Positions 12,253 through 23,695 of a stretch of DNA of 64,000 bases are shown piece after piece. Source of the stretch: Haliotis rubra (Eukaryota); assembly GCF_003918875.1 (NCBI RefSeq), contig NW_025767524.1, forward strand, positions 2,294,001-2,358,000, written 5' to 3'. A program made the translations under genes and the position numbers. Numbering within the stretch: position 1 is the stretch's first letter; each line of letters opens with the position of its first letter. The notes under the pieces were generated by a model, which did not search any database, had not been told where the DNA came from, and saw only the letters and a list, made by a program, of their open reading frames with translations.

Positions 12253-14169
12253 AACAAATTCTCAGACTTTTTGCCAGTCAAAATATGCATAAGATGATGT
12301 AAAGATATTTGACCCTGTCAGATGTAAAGATATGAATTCAATTATTGTTCCGGATTTCACAAATATATGAAAACCCCCAGCATTTTTTCATTGTGTAGGC
12401 ATTTGTCCACCTTGTCTGTTGGAATGTTCCATTTATGTAATGGGGAGAAGATACTGCTGCTTGAAATCACTGGTGCATTACTTTGTTTATTCTACACTGT
12501 AGGCATTTGGAGACTACGCCGTCGCATCCAGTCTGCCACCTAACGAAAACATCTTCACAGATACTTCGCAAAACACAGATAACACATTTCTACTCGACAA
12601 GGTGATATACTGTCCAAATGTGCGTTGGGATGTAATATCTTAATAATAATCATATTTCAAACATTTCCTGAGCTTGCATGACCTGGTGCTTAGATAACTT
12701 TTTTGGAATTCGCTCAAATATGACAACGGTCTAGTCAAATATGACAACGGTCTAGTACATGTGAACACTGACATAGCGGTAGCACTAATTAGTGTGTAAA
12801 TCATTCTGCTACAGGAAATAAACACGGCTGTATCTGCAAGGTGTGTATAAATTCTATACTAGTGAAGTGGACGCGATGGTAGCAGAAATACAAGTGTGTG
12901 TCATGTACTATTGTGAAATGGACACGATCGCAGAAAAGCAGGTGTACACTATTCTACAAGTAGAAATCGACGCACGGGTTGCACAAATGCACATGTAAAT
13001 CATCTATAAAGGAAATAGTCATGGTGGTGGCATGCGTATGAGAATCCTACACACAATGTGAATGACCCCCCTAAAATTAATGTACAAAGTAAGTGACCCC
13101 CCCTGCATGTCATGTACAAAATCGATGACCCCCCTTCCCCTTCCAATATTTTGTAAGCATAATTTTTAAATATTTTAATGTACAAAATTGCTGACCCCCA
13201 GAAACATGTGTACAAAATTGATGACACCCCCTACCTCCCAGAACAAAATGGGTGACAACACCACCCCCTCTCTCTCTTAAAATCACCCCCTAGCCATAAA
13301 TTATGAACGGTCCCTAAGGGGACTTGTCGGTTATGGTCAGTACAATGTGTCCGACTTTGTTATCTATTGCACACAGTCAGGTGGTCAGGTTCGCTGACTT
13401 GGCGGATCCATGTCATCGTATCCCGATTACGTAGCTCGATGCTCATCATGTTGATCACTGGATTGTCTGGTCCAGATTCGATTAGTTACATACCGCCGCC
13501 ATATAGTTGGAATAATGTTGGGTGCAACGTTTAACACCAACCAAACAAAATATTGCACATATCTGTGTTGGTGAGAAATGTGTGCTAAATCATAAGTGCT
13601 AAATCTAACAATCAGCTACAACCACGTAGCGTCTCTAATATGTCAAATATACTTGAACGAGATGGTTAACACCCACTTCACCTCATAGTTGTGTCTGTGT
13701 CAAAGGTCGTATGGCTTGCTGAGATGTGTCATGTCAGTGAAGGGCCAAGAATAGGTCAGAAACGTAGGAGTGTATAGAGGTTGATGTCTAAAAAAGGAAA
13801 TACATCTAAATGCCGACCAAAGACTTTTCCCAGTTATGGTCCTTATCATCAACATCACGCATGAGATCGGGGTGTCACTAAGATAGAGAACTTACTTAAC
13901 ATACGGACTGGTTCGGAAACAAATACTTCTACAGTTTATGCGTCCAATAATAATTAATTTCCTGGGTGGCAACCGTGGAACTGAAACGATCTTATTTAAT
14001 TCAAAGAAAATAATCGCTTTCATTTCACAAATTATATAAACTTTACATTTTCCATGTTTGAGTTCACTACATGGTGTGAAGAAAAACTGAAACAAACAAA
14101 ACACGTGCTCTTGTCCATGTATGCCAACAAAAATGTAACATCATTGACTCTTGTCACATGTTATTGATT

Positions 14170-14610
14170 TCACTTGTCAACTTCAGTGTCTGTATCAGGT
14201 TTGCGGTAATTGATGTTCATTTCACCAACACACACAACGCAATTCTTCCCAGTCAGTGACTTTGAAAAGAACTTCTCTATACATTTATCAGCTTTGGCGT
14301 CTACTAGGAGTTGATCTGTATGGAACTCAATATGATTTGATGTTAGAGAACAGTTGTCTCCCCCTGACTTCATGACGTCAGATATGATGTATTGGTTGTC
14401 AAAGTCCCCATGATCTGTGACAGTCAATTCCATAAGAGATGCATGTTCGTCAAAACAACACTCGTGGGTGTCCACATGATTGTGCGAGATGTGACAGCGT
14501 CCTCTAACTGAATATTGCTCTCGTGATTCGGTCACAAGGAGTCCACAAAATGTTGATCCATTTTCTGTGAAACATAAGTGTGCTATGCCTTTCACCTTGA
14601 GGGCTGACAT
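14170..14610 (-). CDS. Unknown Cys-containing ORF, possibly the last exon of a two-exon gene
   Basis: 146-aa ORF with a good acceptor (ttgtttcag) at ~14664 and a possible upstream exon at ~15227-15565. Frame continuity is broken and no family was recognised. Confidence 0.35.
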   Translation of the reverse strand: MSALKVKGIAHLCFTENGSTFCGLLVTESREQYSVRGRCHISHNHVDTHECCFDEHASLMELTVTDHGDFDNQYIISDVMKSGGDNCSLTSNHIEFHTDQLLVDAKADKCIEKFFSKSLTGKNCVVCVGEMNINYRKPDTDTEVDK

Positions 14611-15594
14611 CTTTGCTGGGTTCAGTCACACTCCTCCCAGTATATAAGTGGCATGTGCACCTTCTGAAACAATCAATAACAGAACAAATGACAATCAAGA
14701 GCCTTTCTTAATAGCAGAATTAAACAGTGTTATATATTCAATGAACGTATATGGGATTATCTTGGAGAATAATAGTTTTGTTAACAAAGGCTAATGACTA
14801 CATATTCTATATATGCTCGTGACGCTGAGTATGAAAGCACAACAATAAATAAAAGTAGTAATGGGCATAACACATATGCTAAATGCACATGCATTTCCAT
14901 AGTATTGCATGCAAAAATGATTATATTAATTGACAACAAGTACAATCAGTGGCTGTTCTAGTTCTTCGATATAAACGTAACCTCATTAAAATTATTTCTT
15001 GTTCAGAGGTTGGTGAATTTGCCATAATTCACGCATTCAGATTATACAATTTATGAAACCTATAGCTATAATCACGTTGACTTGATTCTTATCATGTGTC
15101 AAAACCTTATGAAATAACACAAAATGAAGTTAAATTATATCTTTAAACAATACTAAAATAATACCCTCAAATACTCTAATTGGAGACCATTTCCAGAAAG
15201 GAGTTTAGAGAAGAGTTTAATGTCAACCTTAAAAGGGCCTCCCGGTGGCGGTCATGGTCAAATGCATTGGCAGTTACGAAACCTACGCTTTGCTCAGCTA
15301 CGCAGTCGCCATCCATTTGTGGCCATAGTGATTATGAGGATTTGGGTCTGCTTGATCTCTAACTACTGTGTTTAAGAAACGGCAAATACATCAGCAAATT
15401 GATCTCGTTCTTGGAAGTTGGTCCGGATCCACACACAAAGTTTACTTTGGATCAGAGCTTACCAGCCGAGCATCACTGACGCCAACTGAATATTTCTGTC
15501 GAACTGCTCCTTGACTAGAAAAGGATTACACAAGCAGACGTAAGTAAACGAAATACAAAGTCCATGCAATGTCCAATTTTCAGAAATTCGGCAA

Positions 15595-15660
15595 CAAATG
15601 ACGCACGTGTTATTCAACCGGAAGTTTTGAAAACGACATTTGCCGGAAACATACGATTCG
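15595..15660. promoter_or_regulatory. Probable housekeeping promoter (CRE/E-box-like and ETS sites) upstream of the microprotein-NDUFB1 unit
   Basis: TGACGCACGTG, ACCGGAAGT and GCCGGAAAC clustered in a locally CpG-richer patch. Confidence 0.45.
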
Positions 15661-16096
15661 TATGACCTTCACCTGCCTGGAGATGCATTGAGGTTGTTCA
15701 TGCCGTTTACAATTTCTAGCTAAATGTTAGACTTTCTGATCTTTACTTACTTGTTTCATTTAGATGTATGATGTGTGATATATTATATATCTTGTGTATT
15801 TAAAATTAAGTCTTTTTCCAAACAAAATTTACATGGCATTGCAAATTTCACAGTTCTCAGAGGACATCAAGCACAGAAGTCTTCCATTCTCAAGTCAAGA
15901 TCATTTCAGTTTCACATACGTAATCAAAGACATCCAATGTTTTCTGACTGGTTAAATTTCATCTTGCATACATGCAGGAGATCTTGACATAATTCATCGT
16001 TCGGGTCATTTTAAATCTGATATTATGAGATAAACATAAACCATATATCGGTATATGGTCCCTGCATAAACAAATGTACCTAAGATAACAGTGACT

Positions 16097-16519
16097 CTGA
16101 AAGGGTCGTTGTCGGCACGGGTACTACAGATGTGTACCCCAGGTACTTTTCTGTGTACAGAAATGTACCCTGGCCATAATCAGAATACAGAAATGTACCC
16201 TAGGACGATTCCATTCTGCATTGTGGAGTTTTCTTGATCAGAACGGTCATACTGTTGTATTAGATGCATTTGATATCGTTATATAAGAGCATACACAGTA
16301 ACAAACATGTCACGGTGCACAACGTACACCACTCGCAATCAGCTGAACGGGAACAACTACATACGGTTTCGGTATTGGGTTGCGGAATATGTACTCGTCC
16401 GTCGTTTAGGGTACCGGGTACGTTTCTGTAGTTTGTCTTTGTTTAGGGTACATGTCTGAATGCAGAAACGTACCTGGGGTACATACCTGTAGTACCTGTG
16501 CAAACAACGACCCCTTCAG
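16097..16519. mobile_element. MITE with ~100-bp terminal inverted repeats
   Basis: ctgaaagggtcgttgtcggcacgggtactacag... at the left end and its reverse complement ...ctgtagtacctgtgcaaacaacgaccccttcag at the right end. Another right arm lies at ~2040-2150. Confidence 0.75.
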
Positions 16520-17385
16520 CAACAGTGACATGGAAGAATTCAAACAACATGCCCCATTTCTGAACACGATAAACACTTTTCGTGCAAAGTTCATGCATAA
16601 CTGAATGCATATCTAAGCTTGGCAAGAACAGTTTTAGTTTGGTGTGCCATAGTTTGTAACTCAGTATTATAGTGAACTCGAATGGCCACTAATTTTAGTT
16701 CATCATAGCTGTATTTTTAATATGCATTTTGACTAAAGTAGACTTTATACAATAAGGGGTAAGGGCCATAAAACATTTTGTTATATCCATCATACTTAAC
16801 TTACTGAAGATTATGTTATTCAGTGGCATTTACTAGTTGTACATTGAACCAAGATATTTTTATGGATTGAATAGCGTGAGACCATTCCAGGTCCTTCATC
16901 TCAGGTCCCTAGAATGGACCTTCAGTAACTGAGAGAATGCTTTAATCCATAAAAATATCTTGGACATAACTGAAGATTATTATTCATCTAATAGTGAAAT
17001 CGGGTTGAATGAACCTTCAGTAACCCATGCTTTTCGTGGTTGACTAATGGGATCGGGTGGTCAGGCTCGGTGACTTGGTTGACACATATCATTGGTTTCC
17101 AATTGCGCAGATCGATGCTCATGCAGTTGATCACTGGCTTGTCTGGTCCAGACTCGATTATTTACAGACTGCTGCCATATAGCTGGAATATTGCTGAGTG
17201 CGGCATAAAACTAAAGTCACTCTCTCACTACTAGTGAAGGGACTACAGTTTTCATCAGGTTGAAAAGCTAACATGTTTAATTTAGCTGAAATATGTTAAG
17301 AGCAACAGGGACTAATTTCAGTTGACACCTGTTTCGGTTAAGACAACAGTAAGTCTAATCATGGTACTTCTTTCTGTTCCAGTTG

Positions 17386-20300
17386 ATGGATGGACTATCA
17401 GGAAATCTGACACTGTGGCAGAAGTCCAGCAAGTTCCTCAGGAGAAATTTTTGGTCACTCTTCTTTCCTTTGGCTGCATCGACAGCTATCCTGTTAGATT
17501 TGTCAAAGACAAGGCGTTTCAAAGCTAATCAAGCCCTTCTAGCTAAACAAGCAGAGATCAAAGCTCAAAGTAAGTAACTCCTACAACTCCAATCAACGTG
17601 ATTCTTATCCTTTTAAAAATATCATCTTTAAATGTAAAATACCTAAACAGATGCCAACCTTTCAGGTTTTACAACAGGAGCTTAAAAAAATATTATGAAC
17701 TGACAAAATATTCTGCTGTAAGTTCAAGAATCGATCCTTTTTTATATTTGTGGTCTATCTGCGACCTTCTGCTTTCTGAATGATGTTCTTAACTTCTGTA
17801 TGATTTATTCTATGTGATGTTTTTCTAATCGAAATCTACAATATGTATTTAAACATGACTGGAGTCCATGTACCAATGGAAAAATTAAAAAAATTAAAAA
17901 CAAAAGAAGTAACTCCTACAAATGGTCTTGAGACATTGGTGCTACTGGTACATCTCACTTATAGACTGTCACTGTTGACAAAGTTCAGGGACTTGTCTAG
18001 AATTCGAAAATATAAAATAAAATAATTTCCCTTTGTGGGAACGATGGATTTTGTAGGAGTTTTTATTTTCTCAAAGTACTTTTGTAAAATTAAGCACTGA
18101 TGCCTTTTGGTGATCGTTATTGGTCCTTTGTCAAAATACAAAGCACTGATGCCTATATTTTGGTGATGAGCCCAGAATTTATTGGTGGGAAAAATCCCTG
18201 TTGTATCCCCAAACAATCTGCTCCAGCATTGCCACCTATCTAATGGTAAAGTGGTAGTCCAAATAGAAATGTGACAAGCCCCTACTATCATATGTTTGTC
18301 TCAGACTGGTACTTTATATATATACTAGGCACATAAAGAAACTGCATACAAAAATTTAAAATCTAAATTTATCAAACCTGTGTAGACACATAAGGATTTA
18401 AACTCAGAGATTAGTGACATGTATCCAACATGCATGCACGTGCCACGTTCTGTGACGTCAGTGGGTTCGTCCTTGAGACGTGCAATACGTTGTTGCACGT
18501 CCATTCTGGGAAAGAGAATCAGAGCAAATGAATGCCACACAATACTGTCACTTTGGAAAGCTCAACCCCTGCCCTTGCGATCGTTCAAAAATTAAACGGC
18601 TATTGAAACGCATAGCATGCCAAGGCTCACGTGTGCACAACGTCATGAGGCCATTGGGATGGTCCCTGGGGGAATGTCTCAACGACAAGTGGCTGCACAT
18701 TTCCACTGCCACCGGAACACCATTTCTGCACTGGTGAGACGCTACCAGAACACCAGCTACCGGCCACGTTCTGGACGTCCACGTGTAACAACGCCAAGAC
18801 AGGACAGATGGATAAGGGTGACCCATCTTCGCCACAGGTTTCAGACTGCAGTGATGACTGCCCGAACCATCCCAGGACTTCGCCGTATCCACCCCAACAC
18901 AGTTCGACAACGTTTACATCATCACGGGATCAGACCACGACGTTCCGCCATACGGCCTATCCTGACACAACGTCATCGACAAGCTCGCTGAATGTGGTGC
19001 CGGAATCATGTCCGCGGACCCTTGTTTTGGTGGAGAAATGTTGTTTTGACAGATGAGTCCAGGTTTAACATTATGGGAGAACGTTATGCACAGGCCTGTG
19101 TCTTGGAGAGGAATCGCTTTGGTGGTGGTTCCGTGATGATTTGGGTTGAATCACAGCACGCCAAAGAACTCCTTTGGTGATTGTTCAGGGCAACTTAACT
19201 GGTGTGGGCTACAGGGATCAGATTCTTCGACCTGTGGCAATTCCTTTTCTGCAACGTCATGGCCCTGGGTTAACATACCAACAGGACAATGCCCGCCCAC
19301 ATACGGCAAGGGTTGCTATGGATTTCTTGCAACACCACAACGTTGACTTACTGCCTTGGCCTGCAAATTCACCGGATCTCTCCCCGATAGAGCATGTTTG
19401 GGACGAGATGGATCGACGTCTACGCCATCTTCCTCATCCGGCAGATAACGTCCTTGACCTTGCAACAGAACTTGAGAGAATCTGGCGTGACATCCCACAA
19501 GCCTTCCTTGCACGTTTGATAGGCTCTATACGTCGTCGATGCACTGCTGTTCTCAATGCCTATGGTCGACATATCCCTTATTGAGCTTGTGACATGGTCG
19601 TTTGACCCCTGTCCCGCTTGTGGACTCGTGACGTCATTGTGATTGACTTTTAAATTGAAATTCTCCCAACTTGTTATGGTCTCATGATCCCTCCATTAAA
19701 GTTTATATGTGCCTTTGACATTGTTATCGTACTAATATTTTGACAATGCACAGTTTCTTTATGTGGCTAGTATATATTGGTAGACCTGTATTACAAATTA
19801 ATGGAGATGAAAGGTGATTGTGCAGTACCTGAATGAATTTTGATGGAATTATGCTCATGTTTACATAGTTTGTATGGTGTACACTTGAGTGGGTAATGTT
19901 TACTGCACAGTTCGATACAGCTGCATTGTTTCTGAGTGGCTTTGCACAATATTCAGTTATTCATCTCCCAATTTCTCCCCAAACACTTCTTTGAAATACC
20001 ACACGCATGAATTGATACAAATGTGGAATGCTGTGCAAAAGCACAATCAATGCTTTGTCTGGCCATTACAAGCCTCCATGAAATACTGGTTGCTGAATAA
20101 AGCATGCACACCAGAACTGTGCCCATATTAATGTTCTTGGTTTGTAGTAACCATAGCTGTATGTTTCACCGTAAACTGTGAAAGTCTTAACACCTGCCTC
20201 ACTGTTGGCTTTCCTCCTACATCAAGCTGACATGTCCTGATAAGATTGAAACTGTTCAGTGTCCAATAATGTTTTCCAGTTTTAATTTTGTTAGCTACAA

Positions 20301-20533
20301 AATCACCTGAATCTCTACCATTGACATCCTCGATCATCTCCAGGGAATATACGTTACGATAAATCTCCACTAGCACCCTGGATGCATCTATGGCTCGGCC
20401 CGATAATTTTATTACCCTGGAGATTATCGAGGATGTACCATTGACTGATTTACAGTTTTGTCCTAATGGAAGTCATGACTGGATTATTTGTTAATGAAAT
20501 AATTCTACATGTACTCTATTGCTTTCAGGCTGA
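17386..20533 (+). CDS. Unrecognised ~62-aa single-TM microprotein, upstream cistron of NDUFB1 (exons 17386-17569 and 20529-20533)
   Basis: Acceptor ctttctgttccag ends at 17382 and a GTAAGT donor starts at 17570. Splicing to the NDUFB1 acceptor gives A|GC TGA. Protein: MDGLSGNLTLWQKSSKFLRRNFWSLFFPLAASTAILLDLSKTRRFKANQALLAKQAEIKAQS. Confidence 0.7.
18323..19772 (+). mobile_element. Tc1/mariner DNA transposon with a disrupted DDE transposase (18617-19584)
   Basis: TIRs TACTAG(G/C)CACATAAAGAAACTG flanked by TA. Paired-type HTH, RSGRPRVTT, LTDESRF, QQDNARPH and WPANSPDLSPIEHVW. In-frame stop at ~18991 plus a frameshift. Confidence 0.95.
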
Positions 20534-20535
20534 AA

Positions 20536-20718
20536 ATGAAGTTCTCCATGCTAAGAGCGAGGTTTGTGCCCTACTACATGGCATTGCTGATACCACCGGC
20601 AGCCTACTTTGTTGGCAGTTACTTTCAAGGGCAGCTTGATGAGACACAGACGCTGTATCGAAACAAAAGTCGATTGTTTGGTGGCCGCAAATTAGCTGAG
20701 GGAGAGAAGGCATGGTGA
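20536..20718 (+). CDS. NDUFB1: NADH dehydrogenase 1 beta subcomplex subunit 1 (MNLL)
   Basis: 60 aa: MKFSMLRARFVPYYMALLIPPAAYFVGSYFQGQLDETQTLYRNKSRLFGGRKLAEGEKAW. TM with Pro, RNKSxLF and a terminal W match NDUFB1. Acceptor ends at 20528; AATAAA at 20820. Confidence 0.88.
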   Translation: MKFSMLRARFVPYYMALLIPPAAYFVGSYFQGQLDETQTLYRNKSRLFGGRKLAEGEKAW

Positions 20719-21559
20719 TGGATGCAAGACTAATGAATGTGTGCGGTGTAGAACGGGGACTTAGACTTTATCACATTTTGAATTGGACTGTAAATTATTG
20801 ATCCTCTCTGTAAAATAGAAATAAAGGATTTAGTAATTTATGTGTTTGACAGTTATTTTTTATGTTCCCTACAGCATAGGCTCAAGGGAGTTGTTGTCCA
20901 TAGCTTGTCTTTGACTTGTGACAGTTCATTATGGAAATGTGGTTTATGTTGGACAAGCAGATGTTATGATCAATTCTGACATGAATGTGAAAGAAACAGT
21001 GATTTCTTTTTATCAGAACAGTCTACAGATTTACCTTTTCCAAAGAGCATGGATATTTAGAGTTAATGTGACTAATAGGGAACCTCCATGTGTGACACTC
21101 ATCTGTTAGTGAGTGGATACAATGTGTGAAGTCCATTTCAGGTGTACCCGCCATGATGTTGCTGGAATATTGCTAAAGGGGTGTAAAAACGTACTCACTC
21201 ACTCACTCATTGAGATGTTTGTCAGCAACAGTACATTGGTCATTGTCGGAGTCAGTGAAAGTTGTTTTACACTATCGTCCTCAGCATTACACCAGTTTGT
21301 AAAATAACCAGAAAGTCAATACATCAGTCTGCAAGAAGTCTTATTGTAATGGTCAACACAAGAGTTGCAATACATGAGGTACTCTTTCTGGCAAGCATGT
21401 AGTACCCAGTTTGCCCTGCAATCCACACAGGCTGATGAGCAGTGACATATGGTACAGGACATTTCTGCTGAGGGGGGCTCATATGACAAGTTTATGAATA
21501 GCAGCTGTGTATGCAACATATGACCCATTCATTCAACACATGATCTACTTTCCAGTGGA

Positions 21560-21864
21560 TAAATGTTCAGCATTCAACACTTGACCCACTCAGCTGACAA
21601 ATGTTTAGCATTCAACACTTGACCCACTCAGCTGACAAATGTTTAGCATTCAACACTTGACCCACTCAGCTGACAAATGTTTAGCATTCAACACTTGACC
21701 CACTCAGCTGACAAATGTTTAGCATTCAACACTTGACCAAATGTTTAGCATTCAACACTTGAGCCACTCAGCTGACAAATGTTTAGCATTCAACACTGGG
21801 GTACTTTCTCTGTTCAGTCTTTCACACTTTCAGTTCAGCTGACAAATGTTTAGCATTCAACACT
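21560..21864. repeat. Minisatellite, 38-bp unit, about 7 partly degenerate copies
   Basis: Unit cagctgacaaatgtttagcattcaacacttgacccact repeated head-to-tail with no unique spacers. Confidence 0.9.
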
Positions 21865-23396
21865 GTCGGAAGACAACATGCCATTCAGATGTGCCAACTT
21901 CATCCAAGTGGACGGGATGCAGTCAACAGTGACATATTACAGTTGGTTCAGGAAGCTTGATAGGAACAATGTAACAACTTGGTAATAACATCAATGCCAC
22001 ATTTGACTTCATATGAATATCATGATATAACAATGACAAGGCAGTGTGAACTAGCAAAGCAGGCAAGTGGACAAATGTCAATTTGTAACCCTGTTCAGAT
22101 TGTACTAGATATGAAGATGTATCTGCATGGTGGGAAGGTCCAGTGAACATTACTCTACATCATGCTATCACAATACTCACTGTCCACTGTGCATGATCAG
22201 TCCTATATTCTTACCACTCCCAGAATGGTTGACTTGCTAAATGTGATGTCTACTGTTGCATGGTGGTCAAAATTGTGGGTGTGAATTGGACTCTTTTTCT
22301 ATAATTCTAATTATCATAATTAAAGTCAAGTTAGTAATCTGCTTGTAGAAGAGTCCCAACTTTTTTCTCTCTTAGACTTCAGGTTTTCTGGTGAAGAAAC
22401 TCTGTTAACCGGTATTCTAAGGAAATAAATAATTAAAGAATCTAAACATGTGTACAAACAGTTACATGAATATGTATGCACTATGTGCATTGTTCACCAT
22501 GCCATTCCTGTAATGTAACATTATATTTGCAATTGTTTCCTTGTTAAAATTAAGTTTGCATTAAAAAAAATTGTAAACCAATTTTTAAACAAATTGTTTA
22601 GCCTGAAAACAATGCTTCTGTAAATATGGACATTTAATGAACTTGGTAAATGCACATGCTGATGTAAATAAATAACATTCATACACAAAATAAATTACAA
22701 CTTTTTAACTGAAATCACAACCACCAATGAACATAACAAACTAAACAAATCAAAGCCTATGTGAGATCACAGTTTACAAAATACAGGAAAACTGTACCTT
22801 TTGGTACCAACAAATCTAATAAATTACACTCCTTTTGTTGTTCACCAAACTTGAATTCAAGTTTCGTTTGTACAAAAGCCAACGCAATGAATGCATGTTA
22901 TAGCTCTTGACCTAAACACTTGAGTGCTAACAGGTTTCAGAGAATTCACAATCCATTAATTCTGTTATTTCATTTGTTACAACTCTCAACTCAAGCAAAT
23001 GGTTGAAGGAAGAAGATTGTTTGGAGATATAAAAGGTGTTCAAAGTATTAAAAAGCATAGAATCTGACATCAACAAAACAAATTTGAACTTTTTACTTCT
23101 ACTAGCATTTAAACACACAAAATTGAAATCCATGAAAACCTGAGACCAGAACTTAAAAATGTCTTGAGTGCATTAAGCTAACTAGAAAAACTCCATATTC
23201 TATTGATATGTCATCGTCACTTGTCAGTGTACCAGACTGAAATGATAATAAACATTATTAAAGCGAACTGTACCCAAAGGCATGTAACACTACTCATTTG
23301 ATACTGACAGGTTTGACATTGTAAACAAATGCTAGAAAAACAAAAGCAACACATGGTAAACAAACAGTTTCCCAAAGGGAACTTTGATGTGAATAA

Positions 23397-23695
23397 GGGA
23401 CCATTCATAATTTATGGCTAGGGGGTGATGATTTTTAAGGGGGGGTGGGGGCTCAACAATTTTTTGTAGGCTCAACAAGTACACACATAGGGGGTGGGTG
23501 GGTGTGTTCATCAATTTTGTACAGAAAATATGTTTAAAATTATGCTTAGAAATTATGGGTAGGGGAGGGGGTTCACTGATTTTGTACATGACAGGCAGGG
23601 GGTCACTTATTTTGCACATACATTTTAGGGGGGTCATTCACATTGTACAAGCTACTCCATAAACACCCCCCTAGCCATAAATTATGAACGGTCCC
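23397..23695. mobile_element. PIF/Harbinger (Tourist-like) MITE
   Basis: TIR GGGACC(A/G)TTCATAATTTATGGCTAGGGGG with TAA on both sides. Related partial copies at ~13055-13315 and ~50740-50910. Confidence 0.85.

Noticed and set aside
20509-20535. N-terminal extension MYSIAFRLK of NDUFB1 in the ORF track
   Set aside because: The ATG at 20509 is intronic, upstream of the acceptor ending at 20528. The real start is probably 20536.
21560-21864. CRISPR-like array
   Set aside because: The 38-bp units are contiguous with no unique spacers, there are no cas genes, and the context is eukaryotic. It is a minisatellite.
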